From assembly GCF_058153355.1 (NCBI RefSeq), contig NZ_CM177019.1: 64,000 nucleotides of DNA. One strand, written 5' to 3'. How positions within the stretch are numbered: position 1 is the first letter of the stretch; each line of letters begins with the position of its first letter. A program made the position numbers and the translations under genes. Shown here in pieces: positions 53,579 through 63,722 of this stretch. The notes under the pieces were generated by a model. It searched no databases, was not told where the DNA came from, and saw only the letters and a list, made by a program, of their open reading frames with translations.

Positions 53579-54784
53579 TTAACCCGCAAAAATCGGCAAC
53601 ATCAAATAGAGCTTAATCACCAGCGCGTTAACGATATCAATAAAGAACGCACCAACCATCGGCACGACCAAGAACGCCATGTGCGACGGGCCAAAGCGTT
53701 CGGTGATCGCCTGCATATTGGCGATTGCCGTTGGCGTTGCACCAAGGCCAAAACCACAGTGACCCGCAGCCAGCACCGCCGCATCGTAGTTTTTGCCCAT
53801 CATGCGCCAGGTAACGAAGATGGCATACAACGCCATGAAGATGGTCTGTACCACCAGAATCGCCAGCATCGGCAGCGCCAGCGAAGCCAGCTCCCATAGT
53901 TTCAGCCCCATCAGCGCCATCGCCAGGAACAACGACAGGCTTACGTTACCAAGCACGGATACCGCACGCTCAAAGACGCGGTAAAAACCCATCATTGACA
54001 GACCGTTGCTCAGAATCACGCCAACAAACAGTACACAGACGAAGGTCGGCAGTTCAAAAGCAGTGCCAGCCAAAAGTTGCGCAACAATTTTCCCCACCGT
54101 CAGGCAGATAGCAATCAGCGCGATAGTTTCAATCAGCACCAGCGAGGTGATCATGCGGCCCACATCCGGCTTTTCGAACGCCGTCGGGACTTCCTGGTCA
54201 TCCGGAATACCGTTCGGCGTGGTGGAGTGTTTCACCAGATAGCGCGCTACCGGACCGCCAATCAAGCCGCCCAGCACCAGACCAAACGTCGCACAGGCCA
54301 TCGCCACTTCCGTCGCATTGGAGAAGCCATAGCGTTCAATGAACAATTTACTCCAGGCAGCACCCGTACCGTGACCGCCCGAAAGCGTAATAGAACCAGC
54401 CAGCAGCCCCATCAGTGGATCAAGCCCTAACAGGCTAGCCATACCAATGCCAATGGCATTTTGCATCACCAATAGGCCAACAACCACAATCAGGAAAATA
54501 CCAACCACACGCCCACCAGCGCGCAGACTGGCAATGTTGGCGTTCAGGCCAATGGTGGCGAAGAAAGCCAGCATTAACGGATCGCGCAGGGACATATCAA
54601 AGTTGACTTCCCAGCCCATGCTTTTTTTCAGTACCAGTAGCGCCAGCGCCACCAACAAACCACCCGCAACAGGTTCCGGTATGGTGTATTTCTTCAAAAA
54701 GGAGACGGAATGGACCAACTTACGCCCGAGCAGCAACGTCAGCGTTGCGGCAACAAGCGTTGCTAAAGTATCGAGATGAAACAT
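53579..54784 (-). CDS. gltS: Sodium/glutamate symporter
   Basis: 401 aa; MFHLDTLATLVAATLTLLLGRKLVHSVSFLKKYTIPEP. Confidence 0.9.
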   Translation of the reverse strand: MFHLDTLATLVAATLTLLLGRKLVHSVSFLKKYTIPEPVAGGLLVALALLVLKKSMGWEVNFDMSLRDPLMLAFFATIGLNANIASLRAGGRVVGIFLIVVVGLLVMQNAIGIGMASLLGLDPLMGLLAGSITLSGGHGTGAAWSKLFIERYGFSNATEVAMACATFGLVLGGLIGGPVARYLVKHSTTPNGIPDDQEVPTAFEKPDVGRMITSLVLIETIALIAICLTVGKIVAQLLAGTAFELPTFVCVLFVGVILSNGLSMMGFYRVFERAVSVLGNVSLSLFLAMALMGLKLWELASLALPMLAILVVQTIFMALYAIFVTWRMMGKNYDAAVLAAGHCGFGLGATPTAIANMQAITERFGPSHMAFLVVPMVGAFFIDIVNALVIKLYLMLPIFAG

Positions 54785-54995
54785 AGTTACTCCTTTGTAT
54801 CCGCATCACTCTTTCATACTCGTCATACTTCATCGCGCAGTGGCAACTTCATGAAATATGACGGGTATCGAGTTATGCTTTCCTGGGTCAAATTCTCAGC
54901 TGTTAATGAACAAATGGCATGGATTTTAAGCAGAAAAATACCAAAAGTTATATAAAAAAGTGCATTTATCTCATTTAAATATTTAGCAGAGGCCG

Positions 54996-55011
54996 TGGCA
55001 AACGTTTGCTT
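54996..55011. promoter_or_regulatory. Putative PurR operator upstream of xanP
   Basis: tGGCAAACGTTTGCtt contains the palindromic PurR core GCAAACGTTTGC, ~55 bp upstream of the xanP start. Confidence 0.5.
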
Positions 55012-55063
55012 TTCTCTTTCGGTCAGCTAAAATGCCCGCTTTGCTACCACGGGATTGTTTTCG

Positions 55064-56453
55064 ATGTCTGTTTCCACCCTCGAGTCAGAAAATGCGCAAC
55101 CGGTTGCGCAGACTCAAAACAGCGAACTGATTTACCGTCTTGAAGATCGTCCGCCGCTTCCTCAAACTCTGTTTGCCGCCTGCCAGCATCTGCTGGCGAT
55201 GTTCGTTGCGGTGATCACGCCAGCGCTATTAATCTGCCAGGCGCTGGGTTTACCGGCACAAGACACGCAACACATTATTAGTATGTCGCTGTTTGCCTCC
55301 GGTGTGGCGTCGATTATTCAAATTAAGGCCTGGGGTCCGGTTGGCTCCGGGCTGTTGTCTATTCAGGGCACCAGCTTCAACTTTGTTGCCCCGCTGATTA
55401 TGGGCGGCACAGCGCTGAAGACCGGTGGTGCTGATGTTCCTACCATGATGGCGGCTTTGTTCGGCACGTTGATGCTGGCAAGTTGCACCGAGATGGTGAT
55501 CTCCCGTGTTCTGCATCTGGCGCGCCGCATTATTACGCCGCTGGTTTCTGGCGTTGTGGTGATGATTATCGGCCTGTCGCTAATTCAGGTTGGGCTAACA
55601 TCCATTGGCGGCGGTTACGCAGCCATGAGCGATAACACCTTCGGCGCACCGAAAAATCTGTTGCTGGCAGGCGTGGTCTTGGCCTTAATTATCCTGCTTA
55701 ACCGTCAGCGTAACCCATATTTGCGCGTGGCTTCACTGGTGATTGCGATGGCGGCAGGATATGCGCTGGCGTGGTTTATGGGCATGTTGCCAGAAAGCAA
55801 CGAACCGATGACGCAAGAACTGATTATGGTGCCAACCCCGCTCTACTACGGTCTTGGCATTGAATGGAGCCTGCTGCTGCCGCTGATGCTGGTCTTTATG
55901 ATCACTTCGCTGGAAACTATTGGCGATATCACGGCGACGTCTGACGTTTCCGAACAGCCTGTATCCGGTCCGCTATACATAACGTCTGAAAGGCGGCGTG
56001 CTGGCAAACGGTCTGAACTCGTTTGTCTCGGCGGTGTTTAACACCTTCCCGAACTCCTGCTTCGGACAGAACAACGGAGTGATCCAGTTGACCGGAGTTG
56101 CCAGCCGCTATGTCGGTTTTGTCGTCGCACTGATGTTGATCGTGCTGGGCCTATTCCCGGCAGTAAGTGGTTTTGTACAACACATTCCAGAACCGGTTCT
56201 GGGTGGCGCTACACTTGTGATGTTTGGCACCATCGCCGCCTCCGGTGTGCGCATTGTGTCTCGTGAGCCTCTGAACCGTCGAGCGATTCTGATTATCGCG
56301 CTGTCGCTGGCGGTCGGTCTGGGCGTTTCTCAGCAGCCGCTGATTTTGCAGTTTGCTCCTGAATGGCTGAAAAACCTGCTCTCTTCTGGGATCGCCGCGG
56401 GCGGTATTACTGCCATCGTGCTGAATCTGATTTTCCCACCAGAAAAACAGTAA
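55064..56453 (+). pseudogene. xanP: Xanthine permease XanP (NCS2 family) disrupted by a frameshift near 55981
   Basis: Two overlapping ORFs (55055..56041 frame 2, 55998..56453 frame 3) together cover one NCS2 transporter. The junction reads …[11 protein letters not shown]… where the intact protein would read [16 protein letters not shown], consistent with a 2-bp deletion. Confidence 0.7.
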
Positions 56454-56573
56454 TTCACTGACGGCGGTAAGATAATTACCGCCGCAGTCTCACCTCTTTC
56501 ACCATTCCCGCCTTGAGGATTGCGCGTAAATCGTGCATAACTCCCTTATGTGCATTTCACGGGATGGAAGACC

Positions 56574-58283
56574 ATGAAATTTATTGGGAAGCTGCTTCTC
56601 TACATTCTCATCGCTCTGTTAGTGGCGATCGCTGGCCTCTATTTCCTTCTGCAAACCCGCTGGGGAGCAGAACATATCAGCGCATGGGTTTCCGATAATA
56701 GCGACTATCATCTGGCCTTCGGGGCGATGGATCACCGTTTTTCCGCGCCATCTCATATCGTGCTGGAGAACGTCACGTTTGGTCGTGATGGTCAGCCCGC
56801 GACCCTGGTGGCAAAAAGTGTCGACATTGCGCTAAGCAGTCGCCAACTGACCGAACCACGCCATGTCGATACCATCCTACTGGAAAACGGGACGCTGAAT
56901 CTCACCGAGCAGACCGCGCCGCTACCGTTCAAAGCCGATCGTCTGCAACTGCGTGATATGGCGTTTAATAGCCCGAATAGCGAATGGAAACTGAGCGCGC
57001 AACGGGTAAATGGCGGCGTGGTTCCGTGGTCACCAGAAGCCGGTAAAGTGCTGGGTACGAAGGCGCAAATTCAATTCAGCGCCGGATCGCTTTCGCTCAA
57101 TAATGTTCCTGCAACTAATGTACTGATTGAAGGCAGTATTGATAACGATCGCGTTACGCTGACTAATCTGGGTGCCGACATCGCCCGCGGGACATTAACC
57201 GGAAACGCTCAGCGTAACGCCGATGGCAGCTGGCAGGTGGAAAATCTGCGGCTGGCGGATATCCGTCTACAAAGCGAAAAATCGCTAACCGACTTCTTTG
57301 CGCCATTACGCTCTGTCCCGTCGTTGCAGATTGGTCGCCTGGAAGTCATTGACGCTCGTCTGCAAGGTCCGGACTGGGCGGTGACCGACCTCGATCTCAG
57401 CTTGCGCAACATGACCTTCAGTAAAGATGACTGGCAGACACAGGAAGGCAAACTGTCGATGAACGCCAGCGAGTTCATTTATGGTTCGCTGCATTTATTT
57501 GACCCGATTATAAACGCGGAATTTTCCCCGCAGGGCGTAGCACTGCGCCAGTTCACCAGTCGCTGGGAAGGGGGCATGGTCAGAACGTCAGGGAACTGGT
57601 TGCGTGACGGGAAAATGTTGATCCTTGATGATGCGGCAATTGCCGGACTGGAATATACCTTGCCAAAAAACTGGCAACAGTTGTGGATGGAAACGACACC
57701 CGGTTGGTTAAACAGCCTGCAACTGAAGAGATTTAGCGCCAGCCGCAATCTGATCATTGATATCGACCCTGACTTCCCGTGGCAGCTCACCGCGCTCGAT
57801 GGTTACGGTGCCAATCTGACGCTGGTTACCGATCATAAATGGGGCGTCTGGAGTGGCTCGGCGAATCTGAATGCCGCCGCCGCAACGTTTAATCGTGTTG
57901 ATGTCCGTCGTCCGTCGCTGGCGCTAACTGCCAACAGCAGCACGGTGAATATCAGCGAACTGAGTGCATTTACTGAAAAAGGCATTCTGGAAGCCACCGC
58001 CAGTGTTTCACAAACGCCACAACGTCAGACCCATATCAGCCTGAATGGACGCGGTGTGCCGGTGAATATTTTGCAACAGTGGGGATGGCCTGAACTACCG
58101 TTGACTGGCGACGGCAATATTCAGCTTGCCGCCAGTGGCGATATTCAGGTCAATGTCCCGCTGAAACCTACGGTTAGCGGGCAATTGCATGCCGTGAATG
58201 CCGCAAAGCAGCAAGTGACTCAAACCATGAATGCGGGCGTAGTTTCCAGTGGTGAAGTTACGTCGACGGAGCCGGTGCAGTAA
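56574..58283 (+). CDS. yicH: AsmA-family outer-membrane biogenesis protein YicH
   Basis: ORF track 56550..58283; start trimmed to MKFIGKLLLYILIALLVAIAG. Confidence 0.85.
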   Translation: MKFIGKLLLYILIALLVAIAGLYFLLQTRWGAEHISAWVSDNSDYHLAFGAMDHRFSAPSHIVLENVTFGRDGQPATLVAKSVDIALSSRQLTEPRHVDTILLENGTLNLTEQTAPLPFKADRLQLRDMAFNSPNSEWKLSAQRVNGGVVPWSPEAGKVLGTKAQIQFSAGSLSLNNVPATNVLIEGSIDNDRVTLTNLGADIARGTLTGNAQRNADGSWQVENLRLADIRLQSEKSLTDFFAPLRSVPSLQIGRLEVIDARLQGPDWAVTDLDLSLRNMTFSKDDWQTQEGKLSMNASEFIYGSLHLFDPIINAEFSPQGVALRQFTSRWEGGMVRTSGNWLRDGKMLILDDAAIAGLEYTLPKNWQQLWMETTPGWLNSLQLKRFSASRNLIIDIDPDFPWQLTALDGYGANLTLVTDHKWGVWSGSANLNAAAATFNRVDVRRPSLALTANSSTVNISELSAFTEKGILEATASVSQTPQRQTHISLNGRGVPVNILQQWGWPELPLTGDGNIQLAASGDIQVNVPLKPTVSGQLHAVNAAKQQVTQTMNAGVVSSGEVTSTEPVQ

Positions 58284-58289
58284 AAATAA

Positions 58290-58320
58290 GGACGCTAGCG
58301 GATATCAGCGCTAGCGTTCC
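58290..58320. terminator. Hairpin between convergent yicH and the frz-like island
   Basis: gacgctagcg gatatca cgctagcgtt inverted repeat. Confidence 0.45.
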
Positions 58321-58326
58321 CCGTTA

Positions 58327-59007
58327 TTAGCGCAAAATTCCATACTCACTGCACAATAACCATTTCACCGGTTCATCTTCTTCTATCGCCGGAAAACGTC
58401 CTCCCGGCTCAAGAAAATAATTATCGTGTTGGTCATCATTTACCATCGAAATTTCCCAGCCGAGAACAAACGCTTTTTCCGCCCAGAAGCGATGATACAG
58501 ACGCGGCGGCAGGCAAATGCCCTGCCCCGGCTTTAGCACCAGCGTTTCACCAGGTTTCATGGTACGCCGCTGACCATCAACACTCACGGTAATGACTCGT
58601 TGATCATCACAGAGATTGGCTTCGTTGGCCCAGGCCAACTGCATGCATAAGTCTCCACCGCCCCGATTGAGGATATCTTCCATTTTGTGGGTGTGAAAAT
58701 GCCAGGGAGTCTGCTGATCTTGTTGGATCTGCAACATTTTCTCAGCATACGGTTTTGGATATGCCGCCGACCCCAGCGCGCCGTTGCGCATCGTTAGCAG
58801 TGTTAGTCCCGTTTGGTTGAAATCACCACGACCAAAATCGGTGATATCCCAACCGAGCTGTAAGTCGACTACTTCTTGCCAGTTATCCCGTTCCCGCTGC
58901 AGCCAGTCATCCACCGTAAAATAGGCGAACTCTGGCAAACAAACGCGGAAGGTCTGCGCAATGGCATGTGCTTTATCAATAACATAATTAATTTGTGAGC
59001 GTTTCAT
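58327..59007 (-). CDS. Cupin-superfamily sugar isomerase-like protein (D-lyxose/mannose isomerase-like)
   Basis: ORF track 58327..59046; likely start at MKRSQINYVIDKA (59007); the alternative is the upstream Met at 59046. Confidence 0.65.
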   Translation of the reverse strand: MKRSQINYVIDKAHAIAQTFRVCLPEFAYFTVDDWLQRERDNWQEVVDLQLGWDITDFGRGDFNQTGLTLLTMRNGALGSAAYPKPYAEKMLQIQQDQQTPWHFHTHKMEDILNRGGGDLCMQLAWANEANLCDDQRVITVSVDGQRRTMKPGETLVLKPGQGICLPPRLYHRFWAEKAFVLGWEISMVNDDQHDNYFLEPGGRFPAIEEDEPVKWLLCSEYGILR

Positions 59008-59076
59008 TGGCTTCTCCGTTGCGCATAGCAAGCCAGGCAGCGCCACGCATTCCGCTACTGTCGCCGTGCTGCGCTT

Positions 59077-59919
59077 TTACAATGGGAGTGGTGAATTGAT
59101 CGGTGAAAACCAGTGGAGCGACTTCTGCGTTAGATCGGTGATAAGCAGTTCCACATTCGAAAGCCCGCCGCCGATCACAATCACGCCAGGGTCAACAACG
59201 TTAACGATGGTTGCCAGCGTGCGGGCAAGCTGTTGGCGAAAACGTGCCACCTGCTGCATGGCACAAGCATCACCACGTTGTGCCAGGGTGACAATCGCCG
59301 CAGGAGTGAGCAAGTTACCAGTCATCTGTTGATAGCGTTCACTAAAACCGCTGCCGGAAACAAACGACTCCACGCAGTTGTGTTTGCCGCAATAGCAACT
59401 GACTGATGGACCATCTTCCTGCTCCGTATAGCCTGGCAACGTGATATGACCGCATTCGGCAGCATTTCCCCAGGCCCCTATAAACGGTCGTTGCTTGATG
59501 GCAATGCCACCGCCGCAGCCCGTGCCAAGCGTAATACCAAATACCACGTCATAATCTTGCCCGGCACCGTCGCAAGCTTCTGATAGCGCGAAACAGTTAC
59601 CATCATTGGCTATCACCACCGGTTGCCCAAGCAATTGCTGCAAATCAGCCTGTAACGCATGACCGTTAATCACCTGAATATTCGCATTTTTAATCAGGCC
59701 AGTGAGTGGCGAGATACTGCCGGGTAAGGCGATCCCTGTCAGCATCGGTCGTTGAACGTCCCGCCTAATCTGCTCGATAAGCGCCACAACGCATGAGACA
59801 AATTGTTGATATGTCGACTTTTGCGTCGGGCAGCGGTAACGGCGAATCTCCCAGCCATGCGCATCCATGACGACGGCGGCGATTTTGGTCCCACCAATAT
59901 CCAACCCCAGATAGTGCAT
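59077..59919 (-). CDS. ROK-family sugar kinase
   Basis: ORF track 59077..59952; start trimmed to MHYLGLDIGGTKIAAV (ROK ATP-binding motif); C-terminal CxCGxxxC zinc motif (CYCGKHNCVE). Confidence 0.8.
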   Translation of the reverse strand: MHYLGLDIGGTKIAAVVMDAHGWEIRRYRCPTQKSTYQQFVSCVVALIEQIRRDVQRPMLTGIALPGSISPLTGLIKNANIQVINGHALQADLQQLLGQPVVIANDGNCFALSEACDGAGQDYDVVFGITLGTGCGGGIAIKQRPFIGAWGNAAECGHITLPGYTEQEDGPSVSCYCGKHNCVESFVSGSGFSERYQQMTGNLLTPAAIVTLAQRGDACAMQQVARFRQQLARTLATIVNVVDPGVIVIGGGLSNVELLITDLTQKSLHWFSPINSPLPL

Positions 59920-59966
59920 ATCTCGTTCCTTGTTGCGTAAAAGGCGGGTCACCCCGCCCTTCTGGG

Positions 59967-60827
59967 TTAGTACAGTGATGCTTTACCGAGCGAACCGAAC
60001 AGTTTCATTTTGTGGCGAATGACTTCCCGCGCCGCGTTAATCGCATCCGGATAGATGACGTTCGGGTCCCACCAGCTCTCTTTAGCGAGAATTTCACGCA
60101 CTTTCTGGAAATAGGCGTATTTCATATCGCTGGAGATATTGATTTTGCCGACGCCGAGCGTAACTGATTCAGCAATCTCCGCGTCCGGGTTTGCCGAACC
60201 ACCGTGTAGCACCAGCGGAATATCAATACGTCCGGCAATGTCGCGCAAAATGTCCATTTGCAGCTTCGGTTGCATCCCTTTTGGATAGATGCCATGCGCT
60301 GTACCAATCGCCACAGCCAGTGTGTCGGCACCTGTACGAGCAATAAAATCGGCGGCCTGCGCCGGATCTGTGTAGGTCACTTGTGAAACACCACCTTCTA
60401 CCGACGTTCCTGTTTGTCCGATGGTTCCCAGTTCACCCTCAACCGACACGCCAACCGCGTGAGCGAGGCGAACCACTTCTGCGGTCAGCGCCACGTTTTC
60501 TTCATACGGCAGCAGCGAACCGTCGATCATTACTGAGGTAAATCCGCAGCGAATCGCACGCAAAACATGCTCTACAGAGGCACCATGATCGAGGTGCAGT
60601 ACAAACGGGACCGGACTACGCTGGGTAATTTCGCGAATGTGAGCGAAAAAAGCATCGCCCACAAAATCATGTTCGCTGGGATGGATGGCAATAATCGCCG
60701 GAGTATTTGTCGCTTCTGCTTCATCCACGACTGCGCGAAGGAAACAGTTATCCGCCACATTAAATGCGCCAATGGCAAAGCCGTGCTGGCGGGTAGGTTG
60801 CAGTAATTCTTTCATCGAAACTAACAT
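59967..60827 (-). CDS. Class II ketose-bisphosphate aldolase (tagatose/fructose-bisphosphate aldolase family, GatY/KbaY-like)
   Basis: 286 aa; zinc-ligand motifs LHLDHG, GTAHG, LVLHGGS. Confidence 0.85.
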   Translation of the reverse strand: MLVSMKELLQPTRQHGFAIGAFNVADNCFLRAVVDEAEATNTPAIIAIHPSEHDFVGDAFFAHIREITQRSPVPFVLHLDHGASVEHVLRAIRCGFTSVMIDGSLLPYEENVALTAEVVRLAHAVGVSVEGELGTIGQTGTSVEGGVSQVTYTDPAQAADFIARTGADTLAVAIGTAHGIYPKGMQPKLQMDILRDIAGRIDIPLVLHGGSANPDAEIAESVTLGVGKINISSDMKYAYFQKVREILAKESWWDPNVIYPDAINAAREVIRHKMKLFGSLGKASLY

Positions 60828-60907
60828 GTTAAATCTCCAGTTTCAGCGTGTAGTCCGCCCTGCCGGTGCGTTATTGCACTGGCATAAAGGCCATGACAGA
60901 AAATGAA

Positions 60908-61759
60908 TCAGGCTTTGCCGATAGAGCCGCTCGCCTGTAAATACGGTGTAATCGCTTCTTCGAAGGCCAGTTCCATAGCTTTCAGCGCGTCCACCAGTTC
61001 AATGGATATATCGTGACAGAGGGTATGCAGGAGCGCGGATTTCCCCCGTTCAAAAATGGCCGCCCCCACGTTGATTTTTGCTACCCCCAGCGTCGTACAG
61101 AGCTGGAGCTGATCGAACGGCGTACCGCTACCGCCATGTAATGCCAGAGGCACGCTCGAGCAGTGGAAAATCTCCGCCAGACGCTGAAAATCAATAGCAG
61201 GTACAACACCAGGCGCGTACATGCCGTGCGCCGTGCCTACCGAGACGGCCAGTAGATCAATGCCTGTCTGCGCGATAAACGGTTCCACATCAGTGGGTTG
61301 CGTCATCAGGTCTGCATTGGCGGCCTGGTCGTAACGCGGCGCATCTGCCAGATGGCCCAGTTCGCCTTCCACGCAGAGCTGCGCGCTGGCGGCGAGTTCC
61401 ACCACCGCCCTGGTCTGGCGCACGTTTTCCTCCAGGGGAAAAGCAGAAGCATCAATCATTAATCCGCTGAAACCAGCACGAAACGCCTGACGAATACAGT
61501 CCGGATTTTTGCCATGATCAAGCGCCAGAGCGACCGGTACTGAGGCAGATTCCGCGAGCGTTTTAACCACTGCCGCCGCGACGGGTGCAGGAAAATGCGC
61601 CAGATGCCCCTGATAGAGATTGAGAATGATCGGCGCGCGATTCTTCTCCGCCACGCGGATAGCTGCGTGAGCACTTTCCAGATTCATACAGTTGATCGCC
61701 AGCAAGGCGTAATGTTCATGCCAGGCTTTCATCACCATACTTTTCATATCGGCAAACAT
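60908..61759 (-). CDS. Second class II ketose-bisphosphate aldolase paralog
   Basis: 283 aa; ALDHG, GTAHG, LALHGGSG motifs retained; start may be an internal Met. Confidence 0.8.
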   Translation of the reverse strand: MFADMKSMVMKAWHEHYALLAINCMNLESAHAAIRVAEKNRAPIILNLYQGHLAHFPAPVAAAVVKTLAESASVPVALALDHGKNPDCIRQAFRAGFSGLMIDASAFPLEENVRQTRAVVELAASAQLCVEGELGHLADAPRYDQAANADLMTQPTDVEPFIAQTGIDLLAVSVGTAHGMYAPGVVPAIDFQRLAEIFHCSSVPLALHGGSGTPFDQLQLCTTLGVAKINVGAAIFERGKSALLHTLCHDISIELVDALKAMELAFEEAITPYLQASGSIGKA

Positions 61760-61770
61760 AGGGCCTCCGG

Positions 61771-62862
61771 TTATTCGAGGGTGAAAGTGATCTCTTCATC
61801 TTTCAGCTTTTGATCGCTCAGTTCGTCAAACTCTTCGTCGCGTTCCGTTACCGGTTTCTTCCAGAGTGAAAGCATCACGCCACAAATCACCGTGCCTATA
61901 CCCAGCGCCAGGCAAAACAGCAGAGGATGGGTGAAAAGAGGCACAACAAACAGGCCGCCATGCGGAACCGGACTCTCCACGCCCCACACCATGATCAAGC
62001 CGCCCGCGACCGCCGAGGCCACCACACAAGATCCCACTACTCGCAGCAAGTCACGCGCGGCGATCGGAATGACTCCTTCAGTGATCATGCAGATCCCCAT
62101 CGGAAACGCGGCTTTCAGCGCCTCGCGCTCCGCACGGGTGTATTTATGGCGTGTCAGTAAGAACGAAAGTGTGATGCCAAACGGAGGGATGATTGAGCCG
62201 ACAAATTTCACGGCTTCTGGCCCGTAGACGCCGCTGACCAGCAAGCCATCGGAAAACAACGACATTGTTTTATTTACCGGACCACCGAAATCGAAGGTTG
62301 CCATCGCGCCAAGTATGGCCCCCATCAGGAAGCGCGATCCGCCCTGCATCGACTCGAGCAAATGAATCAGTGCTTCTTGTAACCAGGCGATGGGTTTACC
62401 AATCAGCGTCATCATTAACAGCCCACCGATAATGGTGCTTAATACCGGCAACACCATGATTGGCATGAGTCCTTGCATCGACTGCGGCAGGCGGATATAG
62501 CGTTTAAGTAGCAAAATGGTGTAGCCCACCAGGAAACCACCCAACATACCGCCAATAAATCCGGTATGGATTTGCCCGCAGAGAAAGCCGACAATCAGGC
62601 CCGGGGCAAATCCGGGACGATCGGCAATAGAATAGGCAATTGCCGCGCTAATCAGCGGCACAATCAGCCCCATTCCCCAGCCGCCAATCTGATTAAGCAT
62701 CCACGGGATTGTTCCTGTTTTTTCACCAACATCTGTACCACCAAGAACTTGCCCCAACGCAATACATATCCCGGCGGCCACAATAAGGGGTATCATCCAC
62801 GAGATGCCGGTTAATAAATGTTTTTTAATTTCCTGTGAAACCGGAATTTTATTGTCTTTCAT
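61771..62862 (-). CDS. PTS fructose-family EIIC component
   Basis: 363 aa polytopic membrane protein; FrwC/FrvB-like. Confidence 0.85.
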   Translation of the reverse strand: MKDNKIPVSQEIKKHLLTGISWMIPLIVAAGICIALGQVLGGTDVGEKTGTIPWMLNQIGGWGMGLIVPLISAAIAYSIADRPGFAPGLIVGFLCGQIHTGFIGGMLGGFLVGYTILLLKRYIRLPQSMQGLMPIMVLPVLSTIIGGLLMMTLIGKPIAWLQEALIHLLESMQGGSRFLMGAILGAMATFDFGGPVNKTMSLFSDGLLVSGVYGPEAVKFVGSIIPPFGITLSFLLTRHKYTRAEREALKAAFPMGICMITEGVIPIAARDLLRVVGSCVVASAVAGGLIMVWGVESPVPHGGLFVVPLFTHPLLFCLALGIGTVICGVMLSLWKKPVTERDEEFDELSDQKLKDEEITFTLE

Positions 62863-62886
62863 ATTAAGATCCCTCCAGTATAAGGA

Positions 62887-63201
62887 TCATTTGTTTCCCA
62901 GTGATTTTTCGACCTTTTCAAGAAATTGAACGGGCGATTTAATGACGATCTCTGTCTTTACTCGCACAATACGTTTATTGGTGAAGCGTTCTTCTCCTTT
63001 TATTTTCACATCTACAGCAAGAATCACGACGTCAGCAGCAGAGATATCTGCCGCCTGTAATTCATTTTCTGTACCAATGGTTCCCTGGGTTTCAACTTTA
63101 ATGGTATGGCCCAGAGCTTTTGCTCCTTTGATTAACTTTTCACGAGCAATATAGGTATGAGCAATACCCGCCGTACAGGCGGCAACACAGACAATATTCA
63201 T
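62887..63201 (-). CDS. PTS fructose-family EIIB component
   Basis: 104 aa; N-terminal phospho-cysteine motif (VCVAACTAGIAHTY). Confidence 0.85.
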   Translation of the reverse strand: MNIVCVAACTAGIAHTYIAREKLIKGAKALGHTIKVETQGTIGTENELQAADISAADVVILAVDVKIKGEERFTNKRIVRVKTEIVIKSPVQFLEKVEKSLGNK

Positions 63202-63218
63202 GACATACTCTCTGTTAT

Positions 63219-63689
63219 TTAGCAGACATCGGATTGTGCATACTGACTAAAGAGATCAATGATTTTTTGCGGACTCGTCTCAACTAACAATTGTTCTATG
63301 ATGTCATCATCCGCCAGCGCGCCCGCGACCTGGGAAAGTAAACGGATATGGGTGGTATTTTGATCTTCAAGACGTACCGCAAATAAAATAATACAGCGCA
63401 CGCTACTGCCATCCAGCGTTTCCCAGGGAATATCCTGCCGGGTACGGCCAATTGCCAGCGTAGTATTAATCACAGCTGAAGATTTACCATGCGGGATCGC
63501 AATATGATTTTCAAAACCAGTCGAGCCTTCCGCTTCGCGCTGCCAGACATCTTTAATAAAGGTTTCCCGACAATCGATCGCACCATCTTTTTTGAGAAGA
63601 TTAGTTAATTCTTCAATCGCCTCCGCTTTATTCGTCGCTTGCATATCTAAAATAACGCGATTCGTATTCAGGATTTTTGTTATGTCCAT
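63219..63689 (-). CDS. PTS fructose/mannitol-family EIIA component
   Basis: 156 aa; IAIPHGK phospho-histidine motif. Confidence 0.85.
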   Translation of the reverse strand: MDITKILNTNRVILDMQATNKAEAIEELTNLLKKDGAIDCRETFIKDVWQREAEGSTGFENHIAIPHGKSSAVINTTLAIGRTRQDIPWETLDGSSVRCIILFAVRLEDQNTTHIRLLSQVAGALADDDIIEQLLVETSPQKIIDLFSQYAQSDVC

Positions 63690-63722
63690 TCGTCATACCT
63701 CATAAAATTCTGACATTAAATT

